Below are positions 57,948-64,000 of a stretch of DNA of 64,000 nucleotides, in pieces. The position numbers were made by a program, and so were the translations under genes. This stretch comes from Bradymonadia bacterium (GTDB taxonomy: Bacteria > Myxococcota_A > Bradymonadia > UBA7976 > UBA1532): contig JBKAGE010000075.1 in assembly GCA_046290225.1 (NCBI GenBank), positions 270,367-334,366 of the forward strand. The letters run 5' to 3'. Each line of letters opens with the position of its first letter. The first letter of the stretch is position 1. Under the pieces are notes generated by a model. That model was given only the letters and a program-made list of their open reading frames with translations, was not told the DNA's origin and did no database searches.

Positions 57948-60871
57948 AACCAGTTCCCCAAGAAGAAGTACAGTTGACTCTCGCCGCCCTCGTCGAGGCC
58001 CCGGGCCCAGCCTACGCGGATATTGAAGGGCTGGCGCCAGGCGATGGTGCTCTCGCTGATGAGCTCGGCCCCCACCGTCTTGCGCCATGCGCCCCAACGG
58101 GCTTCCAGGGCTTCGTTCGAGGCCTGAGCGGCGTCGGTGAACACGGCGATCTTGAGCCGTTGGAAGAAGAACGGCACCGCAGAGAAGCCCTTGAACACGT
58201 CTACCACCGGGGCGCGGTAGCTCAACCGCAGCAACAAGAAGCGATCACCGGTCACCGTGTTCGCTGGGTAGCCCCTGAAGAAGCGATCGTTGGTGAAGCT
58301 GATCTCGTCGAGCTGATCGGTGAGCAGGTTGCGCTCGGGGGCAGGGGCGAGGCCATAACGTCGGTTGCGGCCTACGCCGCCGTCCAGGCGGCCCACGAGC
58401 ACGTGGCGCCACCACAGGGCTTGATTGCGGGTGTAGCGAAAGGCCAGCTCGCTCACCTCGTCGTCGCTGCCGAGGAAGGGGTCTCGAAGCCGCAGGGTGA
58501 GGGCGGCGCTCTGACCCTCTTCGGCGTTGAGCGACTCCTGCCAGCCTTCAGCGTCGCGGTAGTTCAAGCTCAGGGCCACACCGGCGAGCACGCGATCCCC
58601 CGGGATGCGGGGCGGGGTGTCGTATGCGTCGAAGGTGGGCGGAGTGTTCCGGCCCGCGCTGAGCATCGTCGCGCTGTATCTGAGCGACATGCCCAGGCTG
58701 TGCCCGGTGCGCGCCGTGGGCAGGGTGAGGTTGCCGCCGAGGGCGGTGCGCTCTTGCTGAAAAGGCTGAGTCACCCCGTCGTAGAAGGCCCCCTGAGCCA
58801 AGGTGCTGGTGCTGTGCTGGATGTCGGCGCTCATGTTCAGGCGCCAGCGCTGGTACAGGTAGAACCCCGTGAGGCTGTAGGCCTCTTCACTGGGCGTCGT
58901 GTTGACGTCGAGGACGAGCAGGTGCTGGTTGCCGATGTCGTTGGCGATGGCAGAGAGCCCGGCCTGGCTGCCCGCCTCGGCGAGGTTGGTGATGGAGAAG
59001 CTCGGGGTCCAGGTGACGGGCCAGAAGGTCTCGGTGAAGTCGTAGGGCCTGTGCGGCAGGGGATCCGGAGACAGCTCGGCCCGCATCGGTGGGGGCCTGC
59101 GCGTGGCCAGGCCCAGGCTCAGCGGTTGTTGAGGGGTGAAGGGCACCTCGGCGAGATCGAAGCCGCCGGCGGTGATGAGCTGAAAGACGAGCCTCTGCCC
59201 ATCGGGAGAGACCACGGGGGACAAAGCGCCAGTGACCAAACGCGTGAGTCGGGCCGTGGTGCCTTCGGTCATGTGGTGGGCGTAGACATCGAAGATGCCT
59301 GTGCGATCACTCACGTAGATCAGCCACTCACCGTCGGGAGAGAACCGAGGGTGTAACTCCATGGCCCCATCCTCGGTGAGGGTCTTGAGGGCCCCTGTGC
59401 GGGCGTCGACGGCGATGAGGTCGCGCCCGTGCCTCTGGCTGATCCGCGTCACCACCACAGTGTGATCGTCGGGGGAGATGGTGGGGAAGGCCACCTGGTC
59501 GAGGCCGCCGGGATCATAGAGCACGGTGAGCGCCCCCGAGGCGAGGTCCACCCGCACCAGGCGAGTGCGTCCCGCGATGACCTGCACCGCGGCGACCCAC
59601 CGTGAGGAGGGCGCGCAGGCGGGCTCTCGGATGCGGGCGCCTCGGGTGAGGCGCCGCAGCTGCGCCGTGGGGTTGTGCCAGACATAGAGGTCGAACCAGC
59701 TGTAGGCGGCGTCGTGGCGCTCGGACTGGTCGATGACGAGGGTCTCGCCATCACCGCACACATCGAAATTGTCAGTGACGTCGGTGCGCACGTAGATCTC
59801 GCCCTCGACGTCGGTTTCTGCCTCTACGCCGAGGTCGATGATGCCCCGGGGGTTGTGCCCATCTGATTCGAGAGAGAGCAGACGCCCGTCGGGGAGAAAC
59901 CTCGGCTGGTCGTGTCGTCGGCCCAGGGTGGTGATGCGTCGGGGCCGGGTGACGCCGCCCTCGGCCTCAAGGCGAGCCTCGGTGACGCGGGCCTCTGCGG
60001 TGAGATCACCCCGCCACGCCTGCCACATCTCCTCGAGGGTGGAGCCCATGGCGGCTTTGGCCCCACGGTTCATGGCGTAGGGGATCATGTCGTCGCTGAT
60101 GGCGTAGTTCATGCGAGTGAGCCCCTCAGGGCTGCGGTTGTGGGCCACCCAGTCGATGAAGTGCCCGCCGTACAGGTACCAGACGTTGGCTCCGGGCCAG
60201 TCGAAGGGCACATGCACTACCTCGTCGAGATCGAACAGCTTGCCGGCGAGGGCCTGAGCCCTCAAATACCCCTTGAAGGTGGCCGAGTGGATGCGTCCAA
60301 AGCCCGAGGTCGCCGACTCGAGATAGACGGCGAGGCCCTCCACCAGGAACCGGGGCATGTTCTGGTTGGGCCCGTACTGCTTGCCGAAGAAGCCGTTCAG
60401 GAACTTGGGCCAGCCGGTGATGGTGTCGAGGTGCAGCACGTGCACGTACTCGTGGTAGACGAGCTGTCGCAGCCAGTCGTCGAACTCGTTGAGGTTGCCG
60501 TCCATGGCCGGCGGCGCCGCAAAAAGGCTGATGAGCAGATAGGGTTGGGCGTTGGCGAAGCCGTTGGCTCCGTCGCCGAAGTCGCTGAGGAGCACCTGAG
60601 TGCGCTGCTCGGGGGTGTAGGCGAGGGTGGGGCTGAGCACCCGGTGGGCCTCTTCGCACATGCGGGCGGCCCGCATGGCCAGGGCCTCGAGGTGGGCCGG
60701 GTAGTGCACTTGAAAGTGCGCCGTGTCCACCGTCCTCCACTCGATGCGGCCGTCGCCGGCGTGGCTCGCCGGGGCGACGAGCAAGGTCACACAGGCAACC
60801 GTCAGGGCGACCCAGGTCGACAGTCTGTGCAAAAGCACACAGAAGGCTTGGGGGGCGAGGAGCGTCCGCAT
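57944..60871 (-). CDS. Secreted multidomain protein: zincin (peptidase MA-like) + PD40/TolB propeller + Omp85-like beta-barrel
   Basis: Signal peptide; WRTVDTAHF, HEYVH...EGLAVY; repeated P-x-FSPDG; FRGY and terminal YFFLGNWF. Confidence 0.82.
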   Translation of the reverse strand: MRTLLAPQAFCVLLHRLSTWVALTVACVTLLVAPASHAGDGRIEWRTVDTAHFQVHYPAHLEALAMRAARMCEEAHRVLSPTLAYTPEQRTQVLLSDFGDGANGFANAQPYLLISLFAAPPAMDGNLNEFDDWLRQLVYHEYVHVLHLDTITGWPKFLNGFFGKQYGPNQNMPRFLVEGLAVYLESATSGFGRIHSATFKGYLRAQALAGKLFDLDEVVHVPFDWPGANVWYLYGGHFIDWVAHNRSPEGLTRMNYAISDDMIPYAMNRGAKAAMGSTLEEMWQAWRGDLTAEARVTEARLEAEGGVTRPRRITTLGRRHDQPRFLPDGRLLSLESDGHNPRGIIDLGVEAETDVEGEIYVRTDVTDNFDVCGDGETLVIDQSERHDAAYSWFDLYVWHNPTAQLRRLTRGARIREPACAPSSRWVAAVQVIAGRTRLVRVDLASGALTVLYDPGGLDQVAFPTISPDDHTVVVTRISQRHGRDLIAVDARTGALKTLTEDGAMELHPRFSPDGEWLIYVSDRTGIFDVYAHHMTEGTTARLTRLVTGALSPVVSPDGQRLVFQLITAGGFDLAEVPFTPQQPLSLGLATRRPPPMRAELSPDPLPHRPYDFTETFWPVTWTPSFSITNLAEAGSQAGLSAIANDIGNQHLLVLDVNTTPSEEAYSLTGFYLYQRWRLNMSADIQHSTSTLAQGAFYDGVTQPFQQERTALGGNLTLPTARTGHSLGMSLRYSATMLSAGRNTPPTFDAYDTPPRIPGDRVLAGVALSLNYRDAEGWQESLNAEEGQSAALTLRLRDPFLGSDDEVSELAFRYTRNQALWWRHVLVGRLDGGVGRNRRYGLAPAPERNLLTDQLDEISFTNDRFFRGYPANTVTGDRFLLLRLSYRAPVVDVFKGFSAVPFFFQRLKIAVFTDAAQASNEALEARWGAWRKTVGAELISESTIAWRQPFNIRVGWARGLDEGGESQLYFFLGNWF

Positions 60872-60997
60872 CGCCGGGAAGGTAGCACGAGGGCCCTCAC
60901 CGAGGGTCGTCGAAGTGATCTGTGAGGTGATCATCTGGTGGCCATGGGCTACAGTACGCCGGCCCGCGCAAGCGAGTCGGATATCGAAGGGAGCACG

Positions 60998-62389
60998 ATG
61001 GCGGAGCGTATCTTGATCGCTGACGATGAAGCCAACCTGCGCAAGGTGCTGGGCATGCACCTGCGCAAGGCGGGTTACAAGACCCAAGAGGTCGGCGACG
61101 GTCAGGCGGCCCTGAGCCACCTCGAAGAAGACGCCTTCAGCGCGGTCATCACCGATCTGCGCATGCCACAGCTCGACGGCATGGGGCTGCTCAAAGCGAT
61201 TCAGAGCCGGTGGCCCGAGCTGCCGGTCATCATGCTCACCGCCCATGGCACTGTGGACACCGCCGTTGAGGCCCTCAAGGCCGGCGCCCGGGACTTCATC
61301 ACCAAACCCTTCGAGAAAGACGAGATCTTGAAGGTGGTGTCGAAGGCGGTGAACTCGGAGCGTCTCAACAAAGACGCCACGGGGGCCGCTGGCTCCGGGG
61401 CTGACCGGGACGGCCGTTTCGGCATCATCGGCCGCTCGGAGTCGATGATCCGCATCTTCGACATTGTGGAGAAGGTGGCGGCGACGCCCTCGACGGTGCT
61501 GATTCAGGGCGAGTCGGGCACCGGCAAGGAGCTCATCGCCAAAGCCCTGCACATGTACTCAGACCGTAAAGACAAGCCCTTCATCAAGGTGAACTGCGCG
61601 GCGATCCCCGACACCCTCATCGAGTCGGAGCTCTTCGGCTACGAAAAGGGAGCCTTCACCGGCGCGGCCACCCGCAAGCCCGGACGCTTCGAACTGGCCC
61701 ATGGAGGCACCCTGTTTCTCGACGAGATCGGCGAGATCTCCACGGAGATGCAGGTGAAGCTGCTCCGAGCGATCCAGGAGAGCGAGTTCGAGCGGGTCGG
61801 CGGGGTAGAGACGGTGAAGGTGGACGTGCGCCTGGTGGCGGCGACGAACCGCGATCTGGCGAAAGAGGTCGCCGAGGGCAACTTCCGCGATGACCTCTTC
61901 TATCGACTCAACGTCGTGCCGGTGCAGCTGCCACCTCTCAGGCAGCGGCACGAGGACATCCCACTGCTGACAGTGCACTTGCTCAAGCGATACGCCAAGC
62001 GTCTGGGCCGCAACACCGATCGCGTGTCGGCGGGGGCGATGCAGGTGCTGCTCAACTACGACTGGCCCGGGAACATCCGCGAGCTGGAGAACGTCATCGA
62101 GCGTACGCTGCTGTTCTGTGACGGCCCCGAGATCGAGGCCGCTGACTTGCCCGCAGAGCTCGAGGGCCGTGTGAGTGCGGCGGTGCCGAGCACTGATCCG
62201 ATCCCCGCCATGGGGGTCACCAGCCTCAAGCACGCGGTGAAGCTCACCACCCAACGGCTGGAGCGCAAGTTGATCGAACATGCCCTCAAAGAGACGAACG
62301 GCAACGTGACCCACGCCGCCCAGAAGCTCGAGATCTCCCGTAAGAGCCTGCAGAACAAGATGAAAGAGCTGGGGTTGAGGGAGAACTGA
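60998..62389 (+). CDS. NtrC-family sigma54 response regulator
   Basis: Receiver (ADDE, TDLRMP, KP); GESGTGKE, GAFTGA, WPGNIREL; Fis HTH. Confidence 0.96.
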   Translation: MAERILIADDEANLRKVLGMHLRKAGYKTQEVGDGQAALSHLEEDAFSAVITDLRMPQLDGMGLLKAIQSRWPELPVIMLTAHGTVDTAVEALKAGARDFITKPFEKDEILKVVSKAVNSERLNKDATGAAGSGADRDGRFGIIGRSESMIRIFDIVEKVAATPSTVLIQGESGTGKELIAKALHMYSDRKDKPFIKVNCAAIPDTLIESELFGYEKGAFTGAATRKPGRFELAHGGTLFLDEIGEISTEMQVKLLRAIQESEFERVGGVETVKVDVRLVAATNRDLAKEVAEGNFRDDLFYRLNVVPVQLPPLRQRHEDIPLLTVHLLKRYAKRLGRNTDRVSAGAMQVLLNYDWPGNIRELENVIERTLLFCDGPEIEAADLPAELEGRVSAAVPSTDPIPAMGVTSLKHAVKLTTQRLERKLIEHALKETNGNVTHAAQKLEISRKSLQNKMKELGLREN

Positions 62390-62453
62390 CGGTATGTTAC
62401 GCCGTCTGCGCCGAGGCTGGCCTCGGTCGTTTTCGAACTTCAAGGGAGAGCCG

Positions 62454-63809
62454 GTGAACCGCTTCTGCTCTGCTGCCACCCTGCGCTGCGCCGCTGTTGT
62501 CTTGGGCCTCGCCCCTTTTGCCGTGCCGAGCACAGCCTCTGCCGGTGAGCTGACCGACGTCATCGATGCCGCTGATAAAGATGATCCCTTCGATCTCAAC
62601 ATCGAGGTGATCTACGACCGCCAGCTGAAGCGGGCCAAGATCACCCGTGAGTTCCACTGTGATCCTGCCTCGGGCAACAACCGCATCACCGGTTGTCCTG
62701 AAGCGGGCCCCGAAGGCGCCCTGGTGAACGTGAAGGAGCTGCGCTACGAGCGTGTGACGCAGACCCTCACACCACGCATCCGGGTGGGCCTCTATCACGA
62801 CCTTGAGCTGCGCATCGATGCCCCCATCGTGCTCGAAGACACCCAGAGCCTGCGCCTCGCCGGCGACGGTGGTGATCCCAACGGCATCGCGGTGACGCCG
62901 GAGACGAGCAGCATCCTCGACGATGAGAACGGCAACCTGTTCCCGGTGCCCATGAGCTCTGACGATCGACTGCCCACCCGAGCGGGTTTCGGCGACATGA
63001 CCCTCTGGCTCCGCTGGTCTCCGGTGAGCCAGAGTCGTGACGAGCAACGGGGCAACTGGACTCTGGAGTTCGGTTATCGCATGCCCACAGGGCAGGTGAT
63101 GGAGTTCGGCAACACGGGTGTGGGCCGAGGCGTGCACGAGCTGATCTTCGCCACGGGCCTCTCCCGCCGTTACACCTACGTCGAGCCCTACGCCCGCTAC
63201 GAGTTCGTGCAGCCCCTCATCGGGGATCACCCCCTGTTCAAGGATTACGGCGGGGAGCAGAACCACGTGGGCCCTGGCCTGCGCACGGGCTTCGATCTGG
63301 GCATGGAGATCGTGCCATACGACGATCAAGAGAAGAACGTGAAGTTCTGGTTCGACATCGGCTTCGGCGCCACGTACCACGCCGAAGGGCGTGACTACAG
63401 CGAGCTCTTCGACGCCCTGGCCCTCGGAGCTCAGGAGGCGGGCTGTAGCAACCCCTCGCTGTTGAACTGCGGCCGGTACAACCCGGATTCGTCGAGCACG
63501 GTGGCTGGTACGCCCCACGATGGCATCACGGTGGTGGAAGACTACATGAACTTCCGCGCTCACATTGCCATGGGTCTCCAGGCTTCTCAGTACCTGCGCT
63601 TCCTCACGCGGGCGAGCATCGCCCACAACACGGAGCACTTCCTGAGCACTGCAGATGTGGGCTCTGATCTCGATGGCTCTGGTGTCGTGGATCAGGCGAA
63701 CGAGCAGAACCCGGTGTACGTGCCGGCCATCGACACGGTGGGCCAACGTCTGCGGATTGAAGAGACCACGATCTTCACTGTGGCACTCTCTGCTGCAGTG
63801 ATGTTCTAG
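62454..63809 (+). CDS. Secreted, probable outer-membrane beta-barrel protein of unknown function
   Basis: GGGAG RBS, signal peptide ASA, amphipathic strands, GFGD...PTG motif, terminal Phe. Confidence 0.65.
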   Translation: MNRFCSAATLRCAAVVLGLAPFAVPSTASAGELTDVIDAADKDDPFDLNIEVIYDRQLKRAKITREFHCDPASGNNRITGCPEAGPEGALVNVKELRYERVTQTLTPRIRVGLYHDLELRIDAPIVLEDTQSLRLAGDGGDPNGIAVTPETSSILDDENGNLFPVPMSSDDRLPTRAGFGDMTLWLRWSPVSQSRDEQRGNWTLEFGYRMPTGQVMEFGNTGVGRGVHELIFATGLSRRYTYVEPYARYEFVQPLIGDHPLFKDYGGEQNHVGPGLRTGFDLGMEIVPYDDQEKNVKFWFDIGFGATYHAEGRDYSELFDALALGAQEAGCSNPSLLNCGRYNPDSSSTVAGTPHDGITVVEDYMNFRAHIAMGLQASQYLRFLTRASIAHNTEHFLSTADVGSDLDGSGVVDQANEQNPVYVPAIDTVGQRLRIEETTIFTVALSAAVMF

Positions 63810-63810
63810 C

Positions 63811-63873
63811 TGCTCCGGCGCTCCGGCGGCGTCAGCCGCCCTTTGCTCCGCCGCTACGGCGGCGTCAGCCGCC
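63811..63873. repeat. Two 30-bp direct repeats, each containing a GC hairpin (REP/terminator-like)
   Basis: 63811-63840 and 63844-63873 differ at 2 positions; each has GGCGGC-GTCA-GCCGCC. Confidence 0.8.
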
Positions 63874-64000
63874 GTGAGGCCCACGATCCTCCGCACAGAC
63901 GTCACGAAAAGCCAGTCGCCGTAGCCGCTGGCTCTGATCGTCCTACACATCTTTTGGTGTAGTGGTGGATTGGTTAGCGGCGAGCCAGCCCAGCTCGAAC

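Noticed and set aside
60872..61552. N-terminal extension of the Omp85-like ORF
   Set aside because: Antisense to the response regulator; the signal peptide begins near 60871
63940..63970. NrdR or myxobacterial LexA box
   Set aside because: Several mismatches to either consensus and the downstream gene is outside the window

Overview
High-GC chromosomal window, most consistent with a gliding or predatory Myxococcota/Bradymonadia-like deltaproteobacterium (inferred from gene content). No rRNA, tRNA, CRISPR array or mobile element is supported. The centrepiece (32.1-56.4 kb) is a single Glt-type gliding/trans-envelope cluster: a cglC/gltK-like gene divergent from gltC-gltD-gltE, then gltF, gltG, a second FHA-less gltG paralog, an extra TPR lipoprotein and a ~4000-aa gltI/agmK-like gene. 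This joins genes that lie in two separate clusters in Myxococcus xanthus. The cluster carries a shared palindromic motif, a perfect CRP-type box and a 14-bp tandem repeat in a leader. Other notable items: an FHA-fused CpaF/TadA-like protein that has lost its ATPase motifs, paired with a double-FHA membrane protein; a PilZ/HDOD/GAF-sigma54 signalling unit; a divergent promoter region with a sigma54 promoter on one side and a WYL-activator-like (PafBC/DriD-style) promoter on the other, upstream of a DUF6891-like gene and mutS; and scpB inverted relative to scpA. The rest is housekeeping (pyk, mutS, glnD, xerD, rpsP-khpA-rimM-trmD-rplS-rnhB-yraN, rsmI). All family calls come from motif recognition by eye; no database searches were run.
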